In this document: positions 37,530-48,229 of the stretch, piece after piece
Numbering within the stretch: position 1 is the first letter of the stretch
Layout: every line of letters begins with the position of its first letter
From: Candidatus Dormiibacterota bacterium
GTDB lineage: Bacteria > Chloroflexota > Dormibacteria > Aeolococcales > Bog-877
Reading direction: 5' to 3'
Assembly (NCBI GenBank): GCA_027313505.1
Contig: DAHVDN010000001.1
Span: 43,366 to 107,365 of the forward strand
DNA length: 64,000 bases
Translations under genes and position numbers: made by a program
The notes under the pieces: model-generated
Told to the model about the DNA's origin: nothing
Seen by the model: only the letters and a program-made list of their open reading frames with translations
Database searches by the model: none

Positions 37530-39748
37530 GCGCTCCCAGCGTCTCGGAGCTGAGGGAGATAGCACTCACTCAGCAGGAGTACGAGCGCACAGTTGAGATC
37601 CTGGGGCGAACCCCAAATCGGCTTGAGCTGGGGATGCTGGGGGCCATGTGGTCCGAGCACTGCTCCTACAAGACCTCCAAACCGTTGCTGCGTCAACTTC
37701 CCTCCGCAGGGTCCTCGGTGGTGCTCGGGCCCGGTGAGAACGCTGGGGTGATCGACCTGGGCGGTGACCTGCTCTGCTGCTTCAAGATCGAGTCCCACAA
37801 CCATCCCAGTGCCATAGAGCCTGTCCAGGGTGCTGCCACCGGGGTTGGAGGCATCTTGCGTGACGTGTTCGCGATGGGTGCGCGCCCGGTCGCCCTGCTC
37901 GACGCCATCCGTTTCGGGGACCCCGGCGAACCGCTGCAACGGCATCGCTTCGCTCGGGTGGTGGAGGGCATCGGGTTTTACGGCAACTGCATAGGCGTCC
38001 CCACGGTGGGCGGGGAGACCTATTTCGATGAATCCTATGCCGGCAACTGTCTGGTCAACGCCATGTGCGTCGGCATCGCCAATCGCCATCAGCTGGTCAG
38101 GGCGGTGGCCGCGGGGGTGGGTAACCCGGTGCTGCTGGTGGGGGCTGACACCGGACGAGATGGGATCCACGGGGCGACCTTCGCCTCGGTGCAGCTGGAC
38201 GACAGCGCAGAGGAGAGGCGCCCGGCGGTTCAAGTGGGGAATCCGTTCCTCGAAAAGTGCCTCCTCGAGGCATGTCTTGAACTCTGCGGCCACGAGGCGC
38301 TCATCGGCCTGCAGGACTGTGGGGCCGCAGGTTTGACCAGCAGCTGTGCTGAGATGGCCCACCGCGGCGGGGTGGGGATAGAGCTTGATGTGGCGAAGGT
38401 CAGCCGGAGGGAGCTCGGCATGACCCCCTACGAGGTGATGCTGAGCGAGTCCCAGGAGCGGATGGTGCTGGTGGTGGCCCGGGGCCGGGAGGCGGAGGTT
38501 CAGCGTGTCTTCGATCGCTGGCAGCTCCGCAGTGACGTGATCGGGTCGGTCATCGCTGCCCCCGAGCTCCGGATCCTCGACAGTGGGCAGGAGGTGGGAG
38601 CGCTGCCGCTGGAGGTGCTGGTCGACGGCTTCTTAGAGCGCCATCCTGAGTCGCGCCGGCCTGAATTGGTCGACCGGGCCCGTCTTGAAGAGCCCCTACT
38701 GCTGAACCCGCCCTGGTCCCCCGAGGAGAGCTGGCTGCGGCTCCTTCGGTCACCCAACTGCGCTGACCCGCGGTGGATCTTTCGCCAGTACGACCATCAG
38801 GTGGGCGACGACACAGTCGTTGGGCCGGGTGGAGACGCCGCGGTGCTGAGGTTCAAGGGGCGTTCGGACGGGATCGCAATGACAGTTGACGGCGCTCACC
38901 GCAGCGCAGCTCTCTATCCCTTCGTGGGTACCGAGATGGCGGTGGCCGAGGCGCTCCGGAACCTGGCGGTGGTGGGTGCTGAGCCACTGGCGATCACCAA
39001 CTGCCTCAACTTCGGAGACCCTGACCAACCGGATGTCATGTGGCAGCTCACTGAGGCGGTGGGGGGGCTGGCCGAGGCCGCCGGGGCGCTGGCCATCCCG
39101 GTCGTCAGCGGGAACGTCAGCCTCTACAACGACTTCCGCGGAGCCGGTATCCCACCAACCGCCGTGATTGGGATGGTGGGGCGGGTTCAACGCCCGGGCA
39201 CTGCACCCGGTATGGGGTTCCGCAACGCGGGAGAGCTAGTTGTCCTCCTGGGCGGCCTTGGGGCGACTCTGACCGGGAGCGAGTATCAGCGCCTGGCGCA
39301 CGGCGCAGTCACCGGGCCCATGCCGCAGCTGGACCTGGCGGCCGAAGCGGCTACGGCCCGTGCGGTCTGGGAGCTGGTCGACCGGACAATCCTGAGCTCA
39401 GCGCACGACCTGGCACTGGGCGGGTTGGCGGTGACCCTTGCCGAGTGCTGTGTGGCAGGAGGGGTGGGGGCCAAGGTGGGGCTGCCGCTTCCTCCTCCAC
39501 CCGACCCTTTGCCAGGCTGGGCGCACGGGGCGCTGTTTGGTGAGACGGCCGGTGGCTACCTGCTCAGCCTCCCTAAGGCGAATCTGCCGATTTTGCAAGA
39601 GGTCTGTGCCCTCCACCGGGTGGAATGGGACGTGATCGGAGAGGTGGGCGGGGAGATGGTCGAGGTATCGGGCTTGGCCTCCATTTCCCTCAGCGTGGCG
39701 AGCTCGGTCACCGGCGAAGCTCTACCGTCCCTGATGGCCAGGCCGTGA
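37526..39748 (+). CDS. purL: Phosphoribosylformylglycinamidine synthase subunit PurL
   Basis: 740 aa with AIRS-like repeats. ...[13 protein letters not shown]... and ...[10 protein letters not shown]... motifs. TTG start overlaps the purQ stop. Confidence 0.9.
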   Translation: MSAPSVSELREIALTQQEYERTVEILGRTPNRLELGMLGAMWSEHCSYKTSKPLLRQLPSAGSSVVLGPGENAGVIDLGGDLLCCFKIESHNHPSAIEPVQGAATGVGGILRDVFAMGARPVALLDAIRFGDPGEPLQRHRFARVVEGIGFYGNCIGVPTVGGETYFDESYAGNCLVNAMCVGIANRHQLVRAVAAGVGNPVLLVGADTGRDGIHGATFASVQLDDSAEERRPAVQVGNPFLEKCLLEACLELCGHEALIGLQDCGAAGLTSSCAEMAHRGGVGIELDVAKVSRRELGMTPYEVMLSESQERMVLVVARGREAEVQRVFDRWQLRSDVIGSVIAAPELRILDSGQEVGALPLEVLVDGFLERHPESRRPELVDRARLEEPLLLNPPWSPEESWLRLLRSPNCADPRWIFRQYDHQVGDDTVVGPGGDAAVLRFKGRSDGIAMTVDGAHRSAALYPFVGTEMAVAEALRNLAVVGAEPLAITNCLNFGDPDQPDVMWQLTEAVGGLAEAAGALAIPVVSGNVSLYNDFRGAGIPPTAVIGMVGRVQRPGTAPGMGFRNAGELVVLLGGLGATLTGSEYQRLAHGAVTGPMPQLDLAAEAATARAVWELVDRTILSSAHDLALGGLAVTLAECCVAGGVGAKVGLPLPPPPDPLPGWAHGALFGETAGGYLLSLPKANLPILQEVCALHRVEWDVIGEVGGEMVEVSGLASISLSVASSVTGEALPSLMARP

Positions 39749-39786
39749 GGCGCCGCGACTCGGAGCCTTCGGGTAGCGATTTGGTT

Positions 39787-41283
39787 ATGCTGAAGCAGGT
39801 GAGCGGCAACACAGGCCACCAGGTCTCCGGGCGGTCCGACTGGACTGATGGAGAGCCCGACAAGCTCCACGAGGCTTGCGGCGTCTTTGGTGTATACGCT
39901 CCCGGAGACGACATCGCCAATCTCTGTTACCTCGGCATCTATGCACTCCAGCACCGCGGACAGGAGTCGGCCGGGATCTGTGTCTCCGACGGAGGCCAAC
40001 TCCTTCTCCACCGTGATATGGGGCTGGTTTCGCAGGTTTTCTCCGCCGAGGCGCTGGGGCGGCTTACCGGTCAGCTCGGACTGGCACACACCAGGTATTC
40101 GACCACCGGCTCCTCGGAGCTGACCAACGCCCAGCCGTTCATCTTCGAGCACGGTCAGTTGGGCCCGGTGGCGATCTCCCACAACGGGAACCTGACCAAT
40201 GCTCAGGCGTTGCGGCAGGGGTTGTTCGAGGAGGGTTACTCCTTCTCCACCTCGAGCGACACCGAAGTTCTTGCCGGGCTGTTGTCAAGGACCCCGGGCG
40301 AGCGACTGGAGGTCGTCCTGCAGCGTTGCCTGCCCAGGGTTCTCGGCGCATACTCCCTAGGATTCCTAACCCGCGACAGCCTGGTTGCGGCGCGCGACGA
40401 GCTCGGGCTTCGGCCTCTCTGCATTGGTCGGCTGGGGTCGGTCGACGCCCCCGGGGGATACGGATACGTCATCGCCAGCGAGAGCTGTGCGCTGGATGTC
40501 ATCGGAGCTCACCTGGTGCGAGAGGTGCTGCCCGGGGAGATAGTCACCATCGACGCCGACGGACTCCACAGCGCTCACTTCGGTGAGACCAGGGCGCCAG
40601 CGATGTGCTCCTTCGAGTTCATCTACTTCGCGCGGCCCGACTCAGTGATCCAGAACCGCAGCCTCTACGAGGTCAGGATCGCCATGGGCAAGCGGCTGGC
40701 GGAGGAGTCCCCGGTGGATGCGGATGTGGTCATCCCACTCCCCGACTCGGGCACTCCGGCGGCAATCGGGTTCGCTCACGCCAGCGGGATTGAGTTCGCC
40801 GAAGGGATGATCAAGTCCCGCTACATAAACCGGACGTTCATACAGCCCCACCAGGGGATGCGGGACGCCGGGGTCCGGCTTAAGTTCAATCCCATGCCGC
40901 ACGTGCTGGCCGGCAAGAGGGTGGTCCTGGTTGACGACTCCATCGTGAGGGGGTCAACATCCCGCCAGATCGTGGAGGCGCTGAGGCGCGCCGGGGCGGC
41001 GGAGGTGCACATGCGCGTCGCCTCTCCCCCAATCCGGTACCCGTGTTTCATGGGCATTGACATCGCCAGCAGAAGCGAGCTCATAGCCGCCGGACGCAGT
41101 TCGGAGGAGGTGGGGCGCATCATCGGGACCGACTCGCTCGCCTACCTCAGCCTTGAGGGCCTGAGGGCTGCCCTTAGATCTTCCCCCGGTACTTCCGGCT
41201 TCTGCTTCGCCTGCCTGGATGGTGTCTATCCGCTCCAAGTCCCCCAGCAGCTGGAGATGGACAAGCTGGCGCTGGAAGGCTGA
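39787..41283 (+). CDS. purF: Amidophosphoribosyltransferase
   Basis: Ntn Cys in EACGVFGVYA after a propeptide of about 30 aa. PRTase motif VVLVDDSIVRGSTS. The C-terminal Cys cluster (CFMGIDI...CFACLDG) indicates an [4Fe-4S]-type PurF. Start at ATG 39787 after the purL stop. Confidence 0.9.
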   Translation: MLKQVSGNTGHQVSGRSDWTDGEPDKLHEACGVFGVYAPGDDIANLCYLGIYALQHRGQESAGICVSDGGQLLLHRDMGLVSQVFSAEALGRLTGQLGLAHTRYSTTGSSELTNAQPFIFEHGQLGPVAISHNGNLTNAQALRQGLFEEGYSFSTSSDTEVLAGLLSRTPGERLEVVLQRCLPRVLGAYSLGFLTRDSLVAARDELGLRPLCIGRLGSVDAPGGYGYVIASESCALDVIGAHLVREVLPGEIVTIDADGLHSAHFGETRAPAMCSFEFIYFARPDSVIQNRSLYEVRIAMGKRLAEESPVDADVVIPLPDSGTPAAIGFAHASGIEFAEGMIKSRYINRTFIQPHQGMRDAGVRLKFNPMPHVLAGKRVVLVDDSIVRGSTSRQIVEALRRAGAAEVHMRVASPPIRYPCFMGIDIASRSELIAAGRSSEEVGRIIGTDSLAYLSLEGLRAALRSSPGTSGFCFACLDGVYPLQVPQQLEMDKLALEG

Positions 41284-41291
41284 GGAAGGCC

Positions 41292-42311
41292 GTGGAGATG
41301 AGTCAGTACGCGGCTGCCGGCGTGGACCGAAGTCGGGCGCAGATCGCCGTGGCCCGGGTTGCGGAGCTGGCGGCCACCACCCACCTTCCCTCCCTGATGG
41401 CGGGTATCGGCCCATTCGCGGCGGTGTGGCGGCTTCCTGACTCTCTACCCCCCGGCAGCACCCTGGTCTCGTCGACCGACTCGGTCGGCACCAAGACAAA
41501 GGTGGCCGTCGCCGTCGGGCGCCACCGCGGGATCGGCCAGGACATCGTGAACCACTGCGTGAACGACGTCCTCACAACCGGCGCGACCCCGCTTTTCTTC
41601 CTGGACTACTTTGCCACCGGCCGAATCGAGCCAGACGTGTTGGAGCAGATCGCCGAGGGGATGGCGGAGGCCTGTCGAAATGCCGGTTGCTCCCTGGTTG
41701 GTGGCGAGACCGCGGAGATGCCCGGGGTGTACGGCATCGGTGATTACGACCTGGCAGGGTTCTTGGTGGGAACGACCACCGTGGATGAGCTCCTCGGTCC
41801 CCAAAGAGTCCGGGATGGGGATGTCCTGCTGGGCATTGCGTCCACCGGACTGCACACCAACGGTTACTCGCTGGTGAGGCATCTTCTGGCGGAGCGTGAG
41901 CTCGACTTCTCTGTGGTGCTGGAGGGAACCGAGCGTCCGCTGGGCGAGCTCCTGCTCGTGCCCCATCGTTCCTATCTTGCAGCGATCGCTGACTTGCGGG
42001 AGGCTGGGCCAGTTCATGCCTTGGCGCACATAACCGGTGGCGGGATAGTCGAGAACCTTCCCCGAGTGTTGCCGGCGGAGCTGGCGGCGGTCATAGACAC
42101 CACCAGCTGGCAGGTCCCCGCCCTCTTCTCGGCCTTGAGGGCGCTGGGAGAGATCGCCGGTGACGAGATGTGGCGCACCTTCAACATGGGGCTGGGGATG
42201 ATCTGCGTGGTCCCACCCGCCACCGCCGAGGCCACGATTCCCGACCCCCAGTTCATCCGGATTGGGGAGGTGACCTCCCGTGTCGGCTCGGATCGGGTGA
42301 TTCTGCGCTGA
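41292..42311 (+). CDS. purM: Phosphoribosylformylglycinamidine cyclo-ligase (AIR synthetase)
   Basis: MEMSQYAAAGVDRSRAQ...DSVGTKTKVA...GGETAEMPG. GTG start with GAGGAAGG upstream. Confidence 0.9.
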   Translation: MEMSQYAAAGVDRSRAQIAVARVAELAATTHLPSLMAGIGPFAAVWRLPDSLPPGSTLVSSTDSVGTKTKVAVAVGRHRGIGQDIVNHCVNDVLTTGATPLFFLDYFATGRIEPDVLEQIAEGMAEACRNAGCSLVGGETAEMPGVYGIGDYDLAGFLVGTTTVDELLGPQRVRDGDVLLGIASTGLHTNGYSLVRHLLAERELDFSVVLEGTERPLGELLLVPHRSYLAAIADLREAGPVHALAHITGGGIVENLPRVLPAELAAVIDTTSWQVPALFSALRALGEIAGDEMWRTFNMGLGMICVVPPATAEATIPDPQFIRIGEVTSRVGSDRVILR

Positions 42312-42340
42312 CCCAGCTGATCGCCGCAGCCCGGTGTGGC

Positions 42341-42949
42341 GTGGGTGTCCTGGTATCGGGGCAGGGCACCAACCTGCGGGCCCTGGTGCGAGCCAGCGAG
42401 GACCCCGCTTACCCGGCAAGGGTGGTGGCGGTGGGGGCCAATCGGGTTGGATGTCCGGCTCTCGAAGCCGCGCGGCAACTCGGGATCCCGGCTCAGGCGT
42501 TTCCGATCTCAGCCAATTCGGGCAGCGCAGTCATTAGAGACAGCAGCCTTGCCGCCTGGCTCTTGCAACAAGGGTGCGAACTGCTGGTGCTGGCGGGGTA
42601 CGATCGGATCTTGACCGCCCCTCTGATTGACGCATTTCCGGAGCGAATCCTGAACATTCACAACAGCCTGCTGCCGTCTTTTGCCGGCACCATGCGCGCC
42701 GTCGAGGAGGCGCTGGAGTACGGAGTGAAGATCACCGGGTGCACCGTTCATCTGGTGGACGCCAAGCGAGTAGATGGTGGCCCGATCGTGTTGCAGGCGG
42801 CGGTGAGGGTGGAGGACGACGACACTCCGAACTCGTTGCTCGAGCGGATCCATCAGGAGGAGTGGCGAATTCTCCCGGAGGCAGTCGGTCTTGTGGCATC
42901 CGGACGGCTGCGGGTGGAGGGCCGCGTGGTGCGGTCGGTGCACCGGTGA
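42341..42949 (+). CDS. purN: Phosphoribosylglycinamide formyltransferase
   Basis: GVLVSGQGTNLRALV..., the catalytic region ILNIHNSLLPSFAG and VHLVDAKRVDGGPIV. Start chosen at GTG 42341 (alternatives CTG 42308/42317). It lies downstream of the purM stop. Confidence 0.8.
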   Translation: MGVLVSGQGTNLRALVRASEDPAYPARVVAVGANRVGCPALEAARQLGIPAQAFPISANSGSAVIRDSSLAAWLLQQGCELLVLAGYDRILTAPLIDAFPERILNIHNSLLPSFAGTMRAVEEALEYGVKITGCTVHLVDAKRVDGGPIVLQAAVRVEDDDTPNSLLERIHQEEWRILPEAVGLVASGRLRVEGRVVRSVHR

Positions 42950-44481
42950 TCCCCAGGCGTGCTCTTCTCGGAGTTGACGACAAGGAGGGGCTGGTGGAGT
43001 TCGCCAGGGGCCTTCTTCGCCATTCCGTGAAGCTTTTGGCTACCGGAAGGACCGAGGCGGCTCTTCGTGAGGCCTCGCTGCCGGTGACATCGGTCGCGGA
43101 GGTTACTGGCACGGCCGAAATGCTGGATGGCCGGGTGAAGACGCTGCACCCTGCCATCCACGCGGGGATCCTCGCCCGCCGGGAGGACCCCTCCCATCTG
43201 GCGACTCTGGCGGAGCACCGCTACCAGCCGATCGACATGGTTGTGGTCAACCTGTATCCGTTCGTCAGGGAGGCGGCCCTTGGGCACTCCCTCGATCAGG
43301 TGGTGGAGGCGATCGACATCGGCGGCCCCACCCTGCTTCGGGCTGCGGCAAAGAACTGGCGATCGGTGGCCTCGGTCTCCAGCCCGGCGCAGTACGAAGA
43401 GGTGCTGGCGGAGCTGGACCATGGGGGGATTTCGGAACAGTTGCTCAGCCGTCTGGCGGTGAGCACCTTCGAGCTGACCTCCGCCTACGACGCCCTGATC
43501 GCCGACGACCTGAGGACGAGGATGGGCCATGGTGTCTCCGGCCTCAAAGCGCACGTTGCGGTTCCGGGCCTCCTGCGACAGCGGCTCCGCTACGGGGAGA
43601 ATCCCCACCAGGCTGCGGCCGTTTACAGCGCTTCCTGCGTGCCCAGCGGGCTCGCGGCGGCTCGGCAGATCCAGGGGGGCGAGCTGTCCTACACCAATTG
43701 GCTGGACGCCGACTCCGCCTGGAGGATGGCGATGAGCCTCAACTCATCCGGCGCTGTGGTGGTGAAACACACCAACCCCTGCGGCGCCGCGGAGGGGGAG
43801 TCCCCCCGGCTGGCGTTTGAGAAGGCTTTTTCCTGCGACCCTCGGTCGGCCTACGGCGGTGTAGTCGGACTGAACGAAGCGCTCGATCTTGAGACAGCGG
43901 ACGTGCTGGCCGGGCACTTCCTGGAGCTGGTGGTGGCCCCTTCGGTGACCGACAAGGCGGTGGCCCGGCTGGCGGGGAGACCACGACTCAGGGTCCTGGT
44001 GGTAGGCGAAACCCCCTCGCGTGCGGGCTTGGAGGTGCGCTCGATTGATGGGGGCCTTCTGATCCAGACCCCAGACGACGGCGACGATCCGTTGGAGAGC
44101 TTCACCGTGGTCTCGAAGCGGTCTCCGAGCGCTTCGGAGTGGGAGCAGCTCCAGCTGGCCTGGCGGTTGGTACGGGGGGTAAAGTCCAACGCCATAGTCC
44201 TCTGTCGCGAGGGGATGGCCGTCGGTATCGGTGCGGGTCAGATGTCCCGGGTGGAGGCTGTCCAACTTGCGGTCGCCCGAGCCGGCGATCGATCGGCCGG
44301 CAGCTGTCTCGCCTCGGACGCATACTTTCCGATGGCCGACGGCTTGGAGTTGGCCGCCGAGGGGGGGGTGACGGCCGCGATCCACCCCGGTGGCTCGATT
44401 CGGGATGCCGAGGTGATTGCTGCCGCGGACAAATGCGGGCTAGCCTTGGTTGCCACCGGAATGCGCCACTTTCGGCACTGA
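42946..44481 (+). CDS. purH: Bifunctional AICAR transformylase / IMP cyclohydrolase
   Basis: GTG at 42946 overlaps the purN stop (GTGA). MGS-like N-terminus RALLGVDDKEGLVEFARGL...GGTA and an AICARFT C-terminal domain. Confidence 0.9.
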   Translation: MIPRRALLGVDDKEGLVEFARGLLRHSVKLLATGRTEAALREASLPVTSVAEVTGTAEMLDGRVKTLHPAIHAGILARREDPSHLATLAEHRYQPIDMVVVNLYPFVREAALGHSLDQVVEAIDIGGPTLLRAAAKNWRSVASVSSPAQYEEVLAELDHGGISEQLLSRLAVSTFELTSAYDALIADDLRTRMGHGVSGLKAHVAVPGLLRQRLRYGENPHQAAAVYSASCVPSGLAAARQIQGGELSYTNWLDADSAWRMAMSLNSSGAVVVKHTNPCGAAEGESPRLAFEKAFSCDPRSAYGGVVGLNEALDLETADVLAGHFLELVVAPSVTDKAVARLAGRPRLRVLVVGETPSRAGLEVRSIDGGLLIQTPDDGDDPLESFTVVSKRSPSASEWEQLQLAWRLVRGVKSNAIVLCREGMAVGIGAGQMSRVEAVQLAVARAGDRSAGSCLASDAYFPMADGLELAAEGGVTAAIHPGGSIRDAEVIAAADKCGLALVATGMRHFRH

Positions 44482-44544
44482 GCTGGCGAAAGGGCCTGCG
44501 CTGCTGTAAGGTGCGGCCAGGGTGCGCTGTTTGGAGGTGCTGAG

Positions 44545-45213
44545 GTGACAACTGGCGCTGGTCGCCGACGGTTGGAGGGTTGGGCCGCTGAGGGAACTCC
44601 TCTTGCCCTGCTCGCAATCTTCTTCTTCATAGATTTGTTCCTTCCCTGGTCGCCATCATGTTTCCTCACCATAGGCCCGCTCCCTAATGTGGCCGGGCCG
44701 ACCGCGGCCCTCATCCCGGCCGAGCGCTTCTGCGGAGTGGTGCAGAACGGCCTTGGTGGGTCAGGATTCGGAGCCGCCGCCCTGGCGCTTGCGGTCTTCG
44801 CGTGGGAGGCGCTCAGAGTGGCGCGCATATCCCTTCCGATGGGGGCGGCATATCGCAGCCTCATTTCCGCCTTCCTCGCAGAGACGCTGCTTCTGCTCAC
44901 CCTCTTGGACCTGATTCCTAGGTTCGGGGGCCTGGTCTCATTTCCCGGGACCATCCCCTTCGGTGGGGCGTTCGCCTGGGCCGGGCTGCTGCTGGCACTG
45001 CTGGTTGGAGGCGCCGGAGTCGTTCATTGGCGAGCGTGGCATCGGGTTGCACCGGATCCGAGTGGGGCGTGGAGGATGCCGGGCGCAACCTCCGGCGGAG
45101 CAGGAGCTCCTCCAAACGCCACACCCTCGGGGGGCAACTGCTCATCGTGCGGGATGATCACTTTGCCAGGGGCCCGGTTCTGTCCAGGCTGCGGGGGTCG
45201 CCTTCAGGGCTGA
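44545..45213 (+). CDS. Membrane protein with C-terminal zinc-ribbon (CxxC...CxxC), function unknown
   Basis: GTG start with GGAGG 6 nt upstream. About 4 TM helices, a Gly/Pro-rich linker, and C-terminal CSSCGMITLPGARFCPGCGG. Confidence 0.55.
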   Translation: MTTGAGRRRLEGWAAEGTPLALLAIFFFIDLFLPWSPSCFLTIGPLPNVAGPTAALIPAERFCGVVQNGLGGSGFGAAALALAVFAWEALRVARISLPMGAAYRSLISAFLAETLLLLTLLDLIPRFGGLVSFPGTIPFGGAFAWAGLLLALLVGGAGVVHWRAWHRVAPDPSGAWRMPGATSGGAGAPPNATPSGGNCSSCGMITLPGARFCPGCGGRLQG

Positions 45214-46009
45214 CCGAATGCCGTAGAGTCGACTGACCGTCTCATTCCCTCATCGTCGCCCCGCCTCTTTCATCTGGCCTTGAGCGAACTGGCCCGAGGC
45301 CCGCGTCGGCTTTGCGCGGCGCTCGATGAACGTGCTCACCTTCTTGTACCAAGGCGGATACTCCAGCGATGCCGTAGCCGCTCCGGGTCTGACGACAATT
45401 GGGCATTTCGGGGTGGCTGCAAGGTTGGCTGATCTTGCCTTGGGTAAGCTGGGTCTGGGTGCCCGGGACCAGGTCACGCAGGTCCCATGCACAAGCCGAT
45501 CGCCGAGGATGTTGGCGAAATCTCTACGTTTTCGCGGATCGGCTGCAACGTTGGGCGCGCGAAGGCCCCGTGCCCGCCGGCCCGCGCTGGCTGGGTGACG
45601 AAGTGGCGCCGCGGTGGCCCCGCGGCTTCCCTCCCGACAAGGCTGTGTGCCAGTGAAGATGTATCCCGGAAAACACAGCCGGTTCTTCCCTCTGTAACAG
45701 GATCGACTGCTGGCCGAGAACATTCGAACTCTGGAGAAGGAACCTAGCAACCACAATGGGCACCTCACCGAACAACCTGCGAGGGTTGGCGACGTCCACC
45801 TGCTGCTGGTAGCCCGTTTAGCCAAACCTCAGCGGAACTGCCGCCGGTTGACGAAGGCTCGGTCCATCGGTCCCAAACTGGCTGAGGATGCGAAGAGAAC
45901 CTTGTCGGCCGAATCGGGGGAAGTCTGCTGCTGGCCGAGACGGGCGCTCAGCTCCAGGGTCTGACCGGTCCGCGTCCCAAGCCACTACCGGAACTGACGT
46001 CCCAACTCC

Positions 46010-46603
46010 TTGAGCGGGGTGGTGGCCGTTCCCCGTGGACGCGATAATGAAGCCGTGACTGTGCAGCACCGCGCCGACAGATTCCTGGAACCGCAGGCCG
46101 ACCCTCGCGAGGGCGGGACATCGCTAGGAGACGAGCGAGCGACGCTCCTCGAGTTCCTGCGCTGCCAGCGGCTCACCCTGCAACTTAAGTGCGAGGGACT
46201 CGATGCCGATCAAATGGCTCGTCTGTCCGTGGAGCCATCGACCATGTCCTTGCTCGGACTGGTGCGGCACATGGCGGAGGTGGAGCGGAGTTGGTTTCGG
46301 CGAGGGTTCGCGGGGCAGGATGTGGCCCGGCGGTACCAGTCAGAGACGGATCCCGACGGCGACTTCAACGGCGTCGCGCCGGACCCGGAGCTCGTCGCGG
46401 AGGCCTGGGCGGCGTGGGGTGAAGAGGTCGCCTTCGCGGAAGAGTTCGCCCGGGACACGGATCTCGACTTCATCGGGCACGACTCGAGAAGCGACCCGGT
46501 GTCGTTACGCGAACTGCTGGTTCACATGATCGAAGAGTATGCCCGCCACAATGGCCACGCCGACCTGCTACGGGAGCGCATCGACGGCCGCGTCGGCCAG
46601 TAG
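46010..46603 (+). CDS. DinB/DUF664-family protein (putative metal-dependent four-helix-bundle hydrolase-like)
   Basis: C-terminal HMIEEYARHNGHADLLRERIDG and the central WFRRGFAG pattern resemble DUF664/DinB_2. Start uncertain. Confidence 0.6.
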   Translation: MSGVVAVPRGRDNEAVTVQHRADRFLEPQADPREGGTSLGDERATLLEFLRCQRLTLQLKCEGLDADQMARLSVEPSTMSLLGLVRHMAEVERSWFRRGFAGQDVARRYQSETDPDGDFNGVAPDPELVAEAWAAWGEEVAFAEEFARDTDLDFIGHDSRSDPVSLRELLVHMIEEYARHNGHADLLRERIDGRVGQ

Positions 46604-46610
46604 CTACACC

Positions 46611-47230
46611 TCACTCCTGGTCTAGTCGGCCGCTGTACCTGCGGACCTGTTTCACGGCGCCGCTGACAAGGTTGGCGCGGCGCCGATCTCGACCCGATCT
46701 CCACAACTGACCGGAGTTCGGTTCTGGAACCGGCCGCAGGATGGCGACGAGTTGACTGTCGGACGGTGGCTCGGTCCACACCAACCTCAAAAGGTGGTGA
46801 CAGCATTTCTGCGGACAGGGCGCCGGTGACCGTCGTTGGATGCTCTGGGAGTCACCTGGCAGCTGTGCTCGGGGTAGTCCGCGGCGTTCGCGGTCACGGC
46901 GACCTTGGTGAAGCGCCGGCACACTGGCCACTCGCGCCAATTCATCCGCGAGATCCAGTCGAAGTTCTCCGATGCCGAGCCTGTGAAAGGCAGGGCACGC
47001 GGCGAAGTTTTCTCGGAGCACCGCATCGAGGTGCGAGCCCAGCACCAGTGTGCCGGCGAAGGTCCCGTTTAGCTCGGCCACCCAAACCTCCCTGTCGCGC
47101 ACGACCCCGAGTAGCCCTCGGTCGTCGGTGCAAATTCTCGCGCGATGCTATCCAGATAGGGCGGTACGGCACTCTCCCTGACAACCCCTCCATCACCGGC
47201 GCGTCCTGGACTCACGGGCGGCGCTGACGT
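46611..47230 (-). pseudogene. Frameshifted GNAT-family N-acetyltransferase remnant
   Basis: Upstream frame VVRESAVPPYLDSIAREFAPTTEGYSGS continues after an apparent -1/+1 shift into REVWVAELNGTFAGTLVL...AFHRLGIGELRLDLADE (acetyl-CoA-binding A motif). It then degenerates into a low-complexity read-through. Confidence 0.35.
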
Positions 47231-47471
47231 TGGCCGCAACTTCCCAAGTGGGCCAGCGGAGGACTTGGGTGCCGAGCGCAGGTAGAGGGTGATCCATCCG
47301 GCGACTCAGTCGTACGGCGGCCCAGCTCGCTGGACATCGTGGCCGGTGGGCACGAAGCGCCTGCGCTCCGGATCCACGCCGTTATTCAGCCGGCGGTTCG
47401 ACCGTTGGAGCTGTCGAGTCACGGACGCAAGAGCCTGCGACTGCCATCATTTCTTTCATACTTTCTGACCT

Positions 47472-47870
47472 ATGGAACGCAGGCTGGTGTCGTCCGGTGC
47501 TTTGTGGGAGCCGGTGGTCGGCTACTCCCGTGCGGTACGTGTCGGGCGGTGGATCTCGGTAGCTGGGACGACAGCGGCCGCCGATGGAGGAGGGGCCGTC
47601 GGTGGAGACGACATCGGCGAGCAGGCCCGTGAGGCCCTGCGGCGCATTGCCGCTGCGCTGCACGAGGTTGGCGCCGAGGTCGAACATGTCGTGCGCACCC
47701 GAATTTTTGTCACCGACATCAGCCGCTGGGAGGAGGTCGGGCGAGCTCACGGCGAAGTGTTCGCGGGGATAAGGCCGGCGACATCGATGGTTGAGGTCAG
47801 AAGGCTCATCGACCCAGCACTCCTGGTCGAGATTGAGGCTGACGCGATAGTGCCGGTATCCGGTCACTAG
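47472..47870 (+). CDS. RidA/YjgF/TdcF-family reactive-intermediate deaminase
   Basis: 132 aa. PVVGYSRAVRVGRWISVAGTT...RTRIFVTDISRWEEV...VEVRRL is the RidA-fold pattern. Confidence 0.8.
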   Translation: MERRLVSSGALWEPVVGYSRAVRVGRWISVAGTTAAADGGGAVGGDDIGEQAREALRRIAAALHEVGAEVEHVVRTRIFVTDISRWEEVGRAHGEVFAGIRPATSMVEVRRLIDPALLVEIEADAIVPVSGH

Positions 47871-48043
47871 CCGCTGGCCTTCCTTCGGAGCGGTGCCGGC
47901 ACCTTCTATGGCTCACACGAGCGGCCATTCAGGACCAGAGTACCTATGCATCCCCCACTACTTCCCAGAGACCAGCGGCCCCTTCTGCCATCGGCGAGCG
48001 GATGGCCCCCTTAGGTGATTCCAGCTGAGTAAACACGCCCCAT

Positions 48044-48072
48044 TGACAATTGCACCGCCACCCCGTAGGCTC
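48044..48072 (+). promoter_or_regulatory. Strong sigma70-like promoter (TTGACA-17nt-TAGGCT) about 160 nt upstream of aceA
   Basis: Consensus -35 and near-consensus -10 hexamers with 17-nt spacing, read directly. Predicts a 5' UTR of about 150 nt. Confidence 0.4.
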
Positions 48073-48229
48073 ACTCGATGGACGCCCGATAGGAGCCGAC
48101 GGAGAGGGAAGTTCGAGCGTCCCCAGGCAGTCGACGAGCATGGTCTCGCCAACTTCCTCCCCCAGCCGCGAACTGCAACTCCCATCTGATCGGTTCGTTG
48201 GGCACACAGCTGGCCAGGGGGTGTTTGCG

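Noticed and set aside
45250-45825. 191-aa minus-strand ORF in the decayed region
   Set aside because: No start-site support and a composition shifting along its length. It is better treated as part of a degraded or pseudogenised stretch than as a gene.
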